A stretch of DNA of 64,000 bases from Psilocybe cubensis (taxonomy: Eukaryota), in contig CM039009.1 of assembly GCA_017499595.2 (NCBI GenBank), forward strand, positions 1,922,001-1,986,000, written 5' to 3'. Under the pieces are notes generated by a model. The model did not search any database and was not told where the DNA came from. It was given only the letters and a program-made list of their open reading frames with translations. Below are positions 49,717 to 61,699 of the stretch, in pieces. How positions within the stretch are numbered: the stretch's first letter is position 1; each line of letters opens with the position of its first letter. The translations under genes were made by a program, and so were the position numbers.

Positions 49717-52011
49717 ATGCCCCAGCCTGAAGCTGCTACCATGTCTCCACACATGCCAGCTCGAGGTGATCGCAGTGCACCATCATTTGATCCCACAAAG
49801 CCCAGGGAGCTTTGCCGTTATTTTTCCGACCTAGAATTCTTGTTTTCAATCTCAAATGTCACCGATGATACGGAACAGAAGAAGCATGCGGTTAGATACG
49901 TCAGTCTTGACGTTGCAGACATCTGGGAAACGCTTCCAGAGTTCACCAACCCTCTCAAGAATTACCAGAGCTTCAAAGCGGCTGTTATGGACCTTTACCC
50001 CGATGCTAATGACGCATACAGGTACACCATGTCAGACATGGATTTATTAATTGGAAACCGTCAACGTTTAGGCATCCACACCCTCTCTGATCTCGCAGAA
50101 TATCATTCCCAGTATATGGCGGTCACAAACTTCCTATGCTCGAAATCCAAGCTGTCTACACTGGAACAGAAGCGTGGTTATGTTCGTGCATTCCAACCGG
50201 CGCTTTGGGCAAAGATTTCGCAACGATTGCAACTCAAGAAGCCTGACCATTACCCAGACGAGCCCTACGACATAATCGACGTCCAGACAGCTGCAAAATT
50301 TGTTTTACATGGCACCCACACAGCAAGCGCTTTGGCAATCCCTTCTTCTACTCCTACAGCTTCTATCCCCGACGTCTCAATTAAACCAGAGCAACTCGGT
50401 TCTATATTCACAGAATTTACCAAATCGATTATAGAGGCGCTTAATAGTACTCAGAATCGCTCAAGATCAACAGAACCAACCACTCAATCTGGAATCCGAG
50501 AAGTCAAATGCAATTTCTGTGGAAAGGATCATTATATTCGTAACTGCGACCTCGTTGAAGAGTATAGGCGCGCTGGAAAGTTAAAGCGCAACACAGAAGG
50601 CAAAATTGTACTCCCCTCAGGTGCATTCATCCCCAGAGACATCCCTGGCACCTTAATGAAGGAAAGAATCAATGAATGGCATCGTCGCAACCCAAATCAA
50701 CTTGCTACAGCTACTCTATCCGCCAGTACATTATTTGGTGCGGTTTCGTCAGTTCAAACGCCTTTGGAATCGTTAAGCGCCCGTCAGACAATCCAGTTGA
50801 CATACCACCTTACTGCTGACGATAGGATCACTTTGCTAGAGGCTGAACTCTTCAATCTGCGTGCCAAACGACCTGGGTTCACTCCAATTATTCGTACTCG
50901 AGCACAGAAAGAAAGGGCACCCGTTGCTGAAGAAGACAGAGAGATTTCGCCACCTAGAGACTCTGAAGCACCCAAACCGTCTACTTCTACTCCAGATACC
51001 TCGTCTCAGCCTCCCATGGTTCAAAATAACGATATAACTGCGCCCAGAGCGACTACAGACGATCCTCAAACGGAACATCCGTTCAGAAACGCATTAGACG
51101 CCGTGTATATGCCTCCTCAGTCCAGAAATGTTGCAGCACTTCCAAAGCCCGCACCCAAGAAGAACGAACCGGCCTATCGAACATTCCCCCCCATCTACGA
51201 CTCTGACGTTGCCAATACAGTGTATAATCGGTCTCTTGAAGCTCCAGTCACCATTACTCAAAGGGAACTTCTGTCTATCGCTCCAGAGATCCGTTCACAA
51301 TACAGGGATTCCACAACGTCTAAACGCAGTGCAAACACGGATAAAATAGCTCAGACAAACCTGTTGGAAAACAGGGCGGACCCTACAAGCAATACAGTTG
51401 TTTTCAATGCCTCCACAGTGCATCCTTTGCCCTCCAGCCAGCACCGAAGTCCCCCAGAAGGTTCTACAGTTATTGACGACCCCTTTGACATTTATTATCG
51501 CTCCCTTCGCCCTGGACAACACCCCGACCCCAACAAAATTATTGTGGCTAAGGAATCTTCAGCACTTCGTTCAATCTATCCTATTGTTGACAACTCTCTC
51601 AAAGTGGAATGTATTCTTGATCCTGGCTGCCAGATAATAGCTATGTCTGAAGATGTTTGCCATAGCCTCTCCCTCATCTATGACCCGACTATCAAACTCA
51701 ACATGCAGTCTGCAAATGGCACAGTGGACCAGTCTCTAGGCCTCGCTTGAAACGTCCCCTTCTTGATAGGAAATCTCACCTTCTACATGCAGGTTCATAT
51801 TATCCGAGAGCCCGCATATGACATACTCTTTGGACGACCATTTGACATCCTAACCCAGAGTGTAGTCCGAAACTTTGCTAATGAAGACCAAACCATTACC
51901 ATTAACGATCCCAACACTGGTCAAACTGCAACTATACCCACCTCGCCTCGTGGACCACCTAGATTCCTCAAGAAAACTCACCACCATTGCCACGAACACC
52001 AGGATTTTTAA
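49717..52011 (+). pseudogene. gag: Gag-protease with premature TGA at 51748-51750
   Basis: CNFCGKDHYIRNC knuckle; aspartic protease ILDPGCQII..ILFGRPF continues in frame after the stop. Confidence 0.85.
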
Positions 52012-54692
52012 TATCCGAGGGTCTAGGTTCTGATAGCGACATTCTTGCTCTCAATATTTGCACTGAAGAAGGCCATATTTATATTCAAGCTACTCAAGAA
52101 CTAGACTCCTCGGAACATCCTCAAGCCTCGTATTTTACCGCCTGTACCATAAATTCTGATTCCACACCCAAAGCTATCAATTCCAACACTCTTATTTCGT
52201 TGTCTCCCTCGTCTAACAGTTTATTCCACCCAGTTTCTAACGTTTCCACTCAAAATTTCGACCCAGTTTCAACGTTTGCAGCGTCTAAGAAGAAGTACAA
52301 GCCCGTAGCCAAGAAGACTCGCCCTGTTTACGCAGAATTACCCGAAAAATATCGCATAGTTCGCAATATTTCAGGCAACCCACTCGCTAACCTTCCCATT
52401 CTCAACCCAAACCCACCCGATTTTGTACCAACCGGCCGCTATACTGAAGAGAGAATGAAGCAGTTCGATGAAGTACACACCCCAGGATTCCTCTGGACCG
52501 AAGAACGAAAATTATTACACCATTTCATGATGCAACATCAAGAAGCTTTCGCATGGAACGATACAGAAAGAGGTCACTTCAGGGAAGACTTCTTTCCCCC
52601 AGTGAACATCCCAGTTATTCCTCACAAACCTTGGGTACAGCGCAATCGACCCATTCCTCCTGGTATCTATGACGAACTCTGCAAGTTATTACAGAAGAAA
52701 ATTGACGCTGGTGTCCTTGAGCGATCCAATTCTCCGTACCGAGGAGCATGGTTTACAGTCACTAAAAAGGATGGCAAGTCTCTACGAATTGTACAATCCC
52801 TAGAACCATTAAACGCCGTCACAATAGCACACTCTGGAGTGCCTCCCTTCACAGAACAGCTCGTAGAACAGTTTGCTGCAAGAGCATGCGGTGGAATGCT
52901 GGATTTATTTGTTGGATACGATGAACGGGCGCTTGCTGAATCCTCCCACGATTATACCACTTTCCAGACGCCTTTTGGCGCCCTCCGACTTACCACACTT
53001 CCAATGGGATGGACCAACTCGGTCCCCATCTTCCACGACGACGTTACATACATTTTACAGCCAGAAATTCCGCACACAACCATTCCTTACATCGACGACG
53101 TCCCAGTTAGAGGCCCAGCTACTCGATACATATTGCCTTCTGGAGACTTTGAAACAATTCCCGAAAACCCAGGAATTAGGCGGTTTATTTGGGAGCACTT
53201 CCAGGGACTCAGTTGTGTTGTCCAACGCATGAAATATTCCGGCGGAACGTTCTCTGGTTTCAAGTCGCTACTCTGTGGACCAGAAATAACAGTGCTAGGC
53301 CATCGTTGCACTTATGAAGGCCGTCTCCCAGATCTGAGCAGAGTTTCCGCTATTGTGAACTGGGGACCATGCTCAGACCTATCCGACGTTCGATCCTTTC
53401 TTGGTACCATGGGTGTTTGTAGAATATTCATTCGGAACTTTTCCCATCGTGCTAATCCTCTCATTAAACTCACCCGCAAGAACCAACCGTTTGAATGGAC
53501 TCAAGAACAAGAAAAAGCGCAGCAAGACCTTAAGGAAGCACTCCTGAAATCACCAGCCCTTCGTCCCATCGACCACTCATCCCCAGCACCAGTCATTCTT
53601 GCAGTTGACACGTCTAAAGATGCTGTGGGACACTTACTCTGTCAGTGCGATTTACAGAACCCCCGCATTCGATATTATTCAAGATTTGGATCCATTACTC
53701 TAAACAAACGTGAAGCGCGATTCTCTCAACCAAAACTCGAGTTATACGGCCTCTTTCGCGCATTTCGAGCCCTCAAACTTTACCTCATCGGTGTACGAAA
53801 TCTTGTCGTCGAAGTAGATGCGAAATACATCAAGGGGATGCTTTCCAACCCAGACCTTGCCCCTTCTGCAAGTATTAACCGATGGATTACAGCGATTTTA
53901 ATGTTTCATTTTGATCTAGTTCATGTACCAGGTACTCACCACGGACCAGACGGATTATCACGCCGAAAACCACAGCCAGGAGACGAGCCCGAGCCTGAAG
54001 ACGACTTCGAAGACTGGATCGATGAAATGCAAGGTTTTATGCATATTCTGAATCCCATTACCACAGCACTCACTGTGCAAGTTCCAACACTCGTATACTC
54101 CACCTCCCTCGCGCCAGAACCATCTCCCTCAGAAAATAACGACCATTCTACACCAAATACATCATCCGACGACTCCCAGACTTCCTATTCCATTATTCCT
54201 CAATCCGACGTTGCACACAAGGCTGATGAACGCACATTAAAGGTCAAAACATGGCACGAAACGCTTAAGCGCCCAGACGGCATGACGGACTCGGAATATT
54301 CGACATTCCTTCGTTACTGCACAGAATTCTTTGTGGCATCGGATAGACTATGGAGAAAGGATCACCATGGACATCATAAGCTCGTCGTACCCATAGAGCG
54401 ACGTTTATTCATTATTTCTTCAGCTCACAACGACGTTGGACACCATGGATTCTTTGCTACAAACTCACTAATAACAGAACGATACTGGTGGCCTTACATG
54501 GGCTTTGATATCGCTTGGTTCATTCGTACCTGCCACCTCTGTCAACTTCGTCGTACCCAGAACGTTCTAATCCCACCAACCGTTGCAATTCCAGCTCCAC
54601 TCTTCGCCAAAGTCTTTCTAGACACAATGCACCTTCCCCCATCTGGAGGCTACAAATACATCATCCAAGCTCGATGTTCGCTTTGCCACTTC
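52002..54692 (+). pseudogene. pol: Pol (RT, RNase H, N-terminal integrase), 3'-truncated
   Basis: LPMGWTNS, YIDD, LAVDTS, HNDVGHHG..CHLC; homology ends at ARCSLCHF. Confidence 0.88.
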
Positions 54693-54917
54693 CATCAGCA
54701 ATACCGGGGCCAAGTAGGTAATGATCCGTAGTGATACGTAATTCTGTAGTGCCCATAGTAACGGTCCCATTTGGGTAACACACACTGATGTACCTGTAGC
54801 TTGGTACCAACGTGACATGGTACTCTGTAGTGATCTGTATTGTAACGCGAGTGCTGTGTAGCGGCGTGTAGCATGCTTACCATGGTCCATACCCCTCTGT
54901 ATACAACTGACATACAA

Positions 54918-54989
54918 ATTGTAGCATACTACCACAGATTTGTAGCATGCTACCACAGATTTGTAGCATGCTACCACAGATTTGTAGCA
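54918..54989. repeat. 21-bp tandem repeat, ~3.4 copies
   Basis: (ATTTGTAGCATGCTACCACAG)n, each with a palindromic GTAGCATGCTAC core. Confidence 0.9.
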
Positions 54990-55257
54990 CATCATAACAC
55001 ACTGCAAATAGGTACAAAGGCATATATAGTATCCACTTTCATTTGTATAGTGTTGTGTGGCTATTCCTGCAAGTGCCAATATCACACTGAAAACCGAACC
55101 ATTTTTGACTAAAATGGGCAATTTTAAAAATAGATAATCTATGTTTGGATCGGACCAAACATGTTTCTATTAGTAGATGCATAACTATTAATACGTGACG
55201 ATCTAAATATGGTATCTTCTAATCCACACCCGGCAGCTGCCCCGCTCATTCACCCAA

Positions 55258-57999
55258 CTACCCTTCTGGACCGTAATCTAGTTCCTCCTGTGGGATAGAA
55301 TGGAGAGTCATCCTATAAGGGTTGGGGGGGTTCTTCGTAGGCCTCATAATAGCACTGATTATGGAGATCTAAATGATGCAAAGAAAGAAATGAATAAAAA
55401 AAGATACACACCATCCTTCCTCAGCCACTTCCCTACATAAGCGAGCCAAGCGAGGACCTTGGTTCAAGGTATCCTTCTCTGCCTCTGCTGCAACCAACAT
55501 GCAGGCATCATACCTCAGGGAGTACTCCTCTCCCTTGAATTCAATACCCGAACACGGACCACCTCTTGCAGGGTCAATCCCATCCCTCCACTCCTCAAGA
55601 CAGTTGTGGATCTACAGCAAAATGCTTGTTAGCAAGGCAGTGCCAATAGCAGGAGAGAAATCAGAACTACACAACTGGCCACAAGCGCAAATGCTTTGTG
55701 GGGAAGCGATGTCTTGAAGAAATCCGTCTTTGTCTCCAGACCTTTGATGGGGACTGCAACCCCTTTTGTAGGATGGTAGAAGAAGTCCAGACAGATCTTC
55801 TTCACAAAAGGATGTCCAAATGGGACATCGTGATACTGGAAACAAATCAATGAGTGGTAAGCCAGGTAAAATGGACGGCGAACTCACTCGGGTTTTGGCA
55901 ACACCCCGGTGGTATTTACCATTGAGTAGCCAATATGCTACCCTGTCCTTGATGTATTCGATCTCCCCCATCTGATTTTCAAACATATTGGGGTTCGCGG
56001 CGATGACCTCCGACGGGACTTCGAGGCCATACGCATTTTTGACCAGGGGTCTGATCATCGTCTTCAGTCTTCCCCGGAAGGTTGACGCGTAGACAAATGC
56101 CTAATGAGAACAGACACGTTAGTACGATATCCTTAAAAGAACACGCTAAAAATATACCGTTACGGCGGTATTCCTGTCTAGGAGCGTTTTTTTCTCTGCA
56201 AAGTTATGTAAACCAATTAACTAAAATCACAGAAGACAGAACTTACTATCAGGCAACACTTTATCCGTGTTCATTCTTTCAAACACGGTTACTGCCATCT
56301 TCACACATCCATCGGCGACTAATAAGTGATTTTCCCGAGTGGGAAAGGGGACCTCCTCTACTACATACAGGCACATCAGTTTGCGTGCAATTTTGAGCAC
56401 ATCTTTCCAGTAACCAGTAAAGGATGCAACTGAATGCTTGGATACTTCCCTAGCAGAAGAAGTACTGGACTTCTTATGAGCGATGTGTGCCTCACCAAGC
56501 ACCTCATCATCGTCAGATGCTTCGTTGTTCTCCCTTGTCAAACCTTGGGATACGGCTCCTTGCGAAACAGCCGCCTTGCGCAATGCCTCAGGGCGAGGTG
56601 GCTTGTTCGCCCGATTACGACGACGGTGTTCTTGAAGAACATCCTCTACTTCCACAACCTATATCAATAATACATTAGCTAGACATTAAATACAGCAGAG
56701 AAATGATTACATGGGGGGAAGGCTGGCGGAGCAATGCCCTTGCTCTCCTCTCCTCTTCATCATCGGAAACTTCATCAACCACTGTCAAACATAGGTGGTA
56801 AGCAAACACGACATAAAGGTGGAGTTAAACCAACGCTGGGCAGCAGGCTCTTCATCATCTTGACCCGCGTCGTCGTAACCTTCATCACCGTCGACATATT
56901 GGAGAGCTTCTTCATCCCCAATATTCTCTTCATCAATTCCTTGCATGCATTCGTCCCCTGATGCTTCCTCAGATCGCCTTTCACCGTCACTATCCCCCTC
57001 TTCCTCCTCCTCATCTTCCTCCTGCTCTATGCCTTCGTAATCTTGTTGCTCCTCCTCGTCTTGATGGCTGATGCTAGCCTCTTGGTGGGCGTTATAGGCT
57101 GCTGGATGCACTGGCTGTTGTACGGGGGCATGTTGTGTTACAGGATGCACTGGTTGTTGTACGGGGGCATCGTAGTATTGGACAGAATTCTCTGCCGCAG
57201 GGGCAGCGTAACGCTGAACAGGATTTGCTGCGTGTTGTACAGGGCGCGGGACAGGATGTGCTGCATGTTGTACGGGGCGCGGGACAGGATGTGCTGGCTG
57301 TTGTACCGGAGCAGCGGGGCGCTGGATGGGGGCAGTGGGTCTTTGGACAGCATGATCAAGCTCTGAGTGCTCCTGATTTCTCTGAGCTGCACGTTGGATC
57401 TGGACAGGAGGGGGGGCACCCTGAGATTGTCGTGGGCTTGGTTGGACTTGTTGGACATCCCAAGGAGCAACTGAAGGCGTTGGCCTTGGTTGCATTTGAA
57501 TAGGGGGACCTACATGCGACACAACGGTAACCTAGACGTGCTTGGAAGATAGCAAATTTAAGATTAGAACAGTAGACTCACCCCATTGCGAGGTTTCTTC
57601 AAGGGAGGCGCCATCTCATTTTCAGGCATGGCGCTAGTATCCACATTGGCGGCCCTTGACTTCCTCTTCCCAGCCTTCTCGAAGTCAATAAAAATGATGT
57701 TAGATGTTTTCTCCTGCCGAGCATTTACTCCACCAAGACCACGGGTGCTTCGGATAGGACGGCCATTGGGGTCTTTTTAATAAGGAGTTCAGTGAATCTC
57801 AACAAAGAAAATGCTAGTACAGACCTGCTTCAGGAGCCTGAGGTGGCTCGTTTTCTGCCACGGAGCTCGGACCCTGTTCAACCTCTTGTCCTAGATGGAT
57901 AAAACATTAAGTATGCGGATGTAATGAGGATATATAGATGATACCTTCAACCGTGGCATTGACAACCGCCTTTTTCTTTTTGGATCCTTTAGGTGGCAT
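55258..57999 (-). CDS. Multi-exon protein with Q/P-rich and acidic N-terminus and a DUF6532-like C-terminal domain
   Basis: MPPKGSKKKK start; PFPTRE..STFRGRLKTMIRPLVKNAYGL..PFGHPFVKK..LPHKAFALVASC|IHNCLEEWRDG..FKGEEY pattern. Family assignment is from memory. Confidence 0.6.
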
Positions 58000-58793
58000 A
58001 TTGGGCTGGTTTGACGGTTGTAATGCAGAAATAGAGACAAGGGGTGGTGAATTATGTCAAGCTACGATCCGGAGGTATGCGAAATTAGCATCTTTTCAAA
58101 ATTTAAGGCGACGGACATCAGTCAAAAATATATCGTGCCATATAGAAATTACAGGTACTGAAACAGTACCCCTATCTACTACAATATATCACATATACAT
58201 TATAGTCAGATTCCATGTCCTACTTAGAGTTAAGTAAAGTTACATCTCAGAGGGGAAAAGACTGCACCTATCATGATCGCGGATTATCCTGAGGGTGCAT
58301 TAGAATAGGTATTCCCCGACTAATGAGGGATACCCGTAGACGGGCGATTTCGAGCTGGGTTTCAAACAGAAGATCTTCATTGGATTTATATGCTCGCATA
58401 ATGTCGTCCATATAACAACGTAGCTCTGCCTGAACTTCTAGACACCTCTGTTCAGTGAGTTGAAATTGGTCAAGAGCCTTTTTAACGGCCTCTATGCCTT
58501 GATTCTAGAGGAAGGTGGATTAAAACATGAAAATAGACCTAAAACGAAGAACTCTGCCTCTTCGGGTATGCTAGGGAGGCGGCGACTTTGAGGTTGCGAA
58601 GCGTTGTTGCTATTGGAATGGTTCATGATAAAGATAGGCAACAATTTGGTGTGGTGGTGGTGGCTTAAGTTCAAGACGATCAACACATTACGAACCATTA
58701 GCACTGTTGATTGCCGAAATACACTTAAATAGAATGACATAAAACCCGTATATGTCTACAAGTCCGTGTTCGAGATACAAGTAATGCTGCACC

Positions 58794-61052
58794 CTACATA
58801 TTTACAACTTTGACACCACGGGACGGGGGGAAGATTTGAATCAAAGATGTTGTCGGAAAAGTTGGGAATGTATCACCGCGTTTCATACGAGTAACGGGAT
58901 ATTTATGTACAACGCAAATATCCTTGTCTATTGATCGTATCCTGAATATAATCCCCATTGAATCGCCCTCAAGCGGTGTAACGAAGTCGTCCTTTTTTAC
59001 AGGATGAATTGGAAACAACACTGATTTCGGTAATGTCAGTGTACGTCCCAGTAATGCTAGGTGGGCAGTATCGTCGGTAAGGCTGAGAAGTTCCATCGCC
59101 ACTTGATGGTCGCCCTTGGATTTGTCTACGACTTTTAATCGTAATCCTTTCAGCTTATCGTATTTCGTATCTAGCCAGTGAGCGACGGTTGAGGGTAGTT
59201 CTGCGATTTCCACCGCCGAGTGTACAGGTATTGCTGAATACGGATTCCATGCAGGAGACAGAAAACTTGCTACTGTGGACGGCATTGGAGTTGCTCCACC
59301 AGAAGGCCCGGGGTCTTGAGCGGAATTTATATGTTCTCGGTTGCTTGAAACAATGTCAGTAAGCACCTGACAGTCAACGAATCAAGTGAAACCACATACT
59401 GTATAATTAAATGTGATATTTTAATACGTTCCACCCTCTGGTTACGAGCTTCCAGCTCAACGTCTGCAAAGCCGTCGGGGGTAGTGCTTTTAACGATGCC
59501 ATAGTACCCCTTGAATGTATTATTCCCGACAACGATGACACTCAAACCTATATAGACGTCGTTGTGGTCTCTTTCTCCAAGCTTTGACGAATGACGCTTT
59601 CGCGGGCGAAGAGTAGCATGGGCAGGGGGGACGTAGAATATGACTGTGTGGATGGGCACAATGACCTGAAAAATGTGTTGAACACTACTGAGACAAAGAG
59701 AATGACAGTTCACCTACTTCGCGTTCGTGCTCTGGGGCGATAATACAAACAGATCTTCCATCAAAGTCTGACACCCATCCATGGAGATCTTTGTGATCCC
59801 CTTCAACGACTTCAACACTATCGCCTATCTGGAAAGCTGCACGTAGATCGTGTAGTGCAACTGCTTGTGTTATACCTTGGGAGGGGATGTGCACTTCCAC
59901 CTCAGCGTCAGAAACACTCTTGACCGTTCCAAAAAGACCTAAGTATTCTCCACCAATAATTTTGACTCGATCATATCGTTTCAGTCGAGTCATGGAGATG
60001 GCTTTCGAGGCTTGCGCTAAGGTCTCCGTCGTTACAAATGGACACTCGCGAAATTGCTCCAACTCGGACGATGTTGGGAGGACATTGGAAAGATATTTGA
60101 GATCGATGGCGTCGAAATCCGTGATAATAAATCCATCCTGGAATATCCTGTCGAGGTGCGATTTCTTGATGTTGTCCGGAGGTCTGGGGATAAGAACAAC
60201 ACTTTTCCGACCCTGGAATGTGAACACAAGGCCGGTAGCATTTGCGTAGGTCGTCCAAGCCTTACGCTTTCCAGCAACCTTGACCCACGATTGGTCTTCA
60301 GGGCGTGAGGGTGGGGGATGAGATAGGATCTCCATACATCTCTCCGAGGATAGCCTAACTAAATGTGTCGGATTAAGCTCTCTAACGAGGCAGGCTAACG
60401 TATGCGCATGTTGCATTGATGGCGCCTCGACGTAGATTCTCCCAGGAATTGAGGATTGAGCGAAGACAGACCGGGCAAGGATGATGGGAAATGTAGGGTT
60501 CGTTGACATCTGCATAATTTTGAAAGCGACGGCCTCTTCGCGTCCAACCTATCACTCGTAAGGTGATCAATAAATGCTGACTGAAGACTTATATTATTTT
60601 TGCGTACCTTGCAACCTATTTCATACATGATATCAGTCGCGGAAGGCATATAATTATTATCACCAAGTCCTCCTGGTTGGGGATTGCCATATTTCTGTAT
60701 AAGTTCTCGTGAACTAGATGGCTCTATATCATTGTCAGGACGAATTTTCATGCGTGAAGGCAGAAGCATGGGCAACAAATCGCTCCATTCATCAGCGTTA
60801 TCTGTATTTTGCATGGCATGATATAGCCGAGAGTGTGCAACACGTTCCTCATCCTCAGAGAATTCATCGTTATCATTCACTGTATGTCAGAACCCATTAG
60901 CATCAGTACATATTGAGCAGAATATATGTAAATTATTGGAACATACGTAGTTGGCCCCCTTCATAATCAAGCTCTTCCGAACTTTCATCATCATCGGAAA
61001 CCGCTGCTTCAATGTCTATGAAGGGATTAATGTCCTGATTTTTTGAGATCAT
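58794..61052 (-). CDS. Spt5-like protein (NGN domain + several KOW motifs), multi-exon, divergent paralog
   Basis: NPFIDIEAAVSDDDE; EIGCK|VGREEAVAFKIM; SVFAQSSIPGRIYVEA; KOW motifs YDRVKIIGGEYLGLFGTV, FQIGDSVEVVEGDHKDLHGWV, IGLSVIVVGNNTFKGYYGIVK. Confidence 0.8.
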
Positions 61053-61293
61053 AATTAAATTTCCCTGAAGTTAGTGATTAGATGGAGGGTTGGATTAGTA
61101 CACACTGTGCGGTTGCCTAGGCTGTCAAGTCGTCTGCGTTTATAACTAGACATTGTGGGTCTTAAAGACTGTTAATCGATGTTCATCTCACTTAATTTAT
61201 CATCTTAACTTGTGATAATTTATTTTTAGATACTACACAACCTATTACTATGATAAGACGCTATGATGAACGGAAAGAGAAAACATATGGTGA

Positions 61294-61494
61294 GAAACAC
61301 GCTATTTCCGGAGCGATTCTTTAGGGTAGGTTTCCCGTCCTGAAGTCACGAGTTGGTTAAAAAAACGCCCCCTTACATCAGCCGCATCACCGTCACGGTG
61401 ATGCGGCTGATGTAAGGGGGCGTTTTTTTAACCAACTCGTGACTTCAGGACGGGAAACCTACCCTAAAGAATCGCTCCGGAAATAGCGTGTTTC
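61294..61494. repeat. Perfect palindrome: 100-bp arms, 1-nt spacer at 61394
   Basis: 61294-61393 is the exact reverse complement of 61395-61494; imperfect extension to ~61258/61530. Confidence 0.95.
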
Positions 61495-61699
61495 CAACTT
61501 GATTGTTTTTCTTTCCGTTCGTCATAGCGTAGTACCCCTCCCCATAGATTTAACATACATTCTAATAAAATAGACATAGACAATACTCTAGACACTCTAT
61601 AATAGTTTTCGTTCAGTTAAAATTCATCTAGTTGAAAATTTGAGACACCAGAAAAAAACACACAAAAAAAAGTAAGTACCCAAAGAAATAGAATGCAGG

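Larger units (their letters stand above)
49075..54692 (+). mobile_element. Second Ty3/Gypsy element, decayed and truncated within integrase
   Basis: Probable 5' LTR ~49075-49378 (TG..CA, TATAAAAA); tRNA-type PBS TGGAGCCCACCG at 49383; gag-PR and RT-RH-IN ORFs. Confidence 0.88.
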
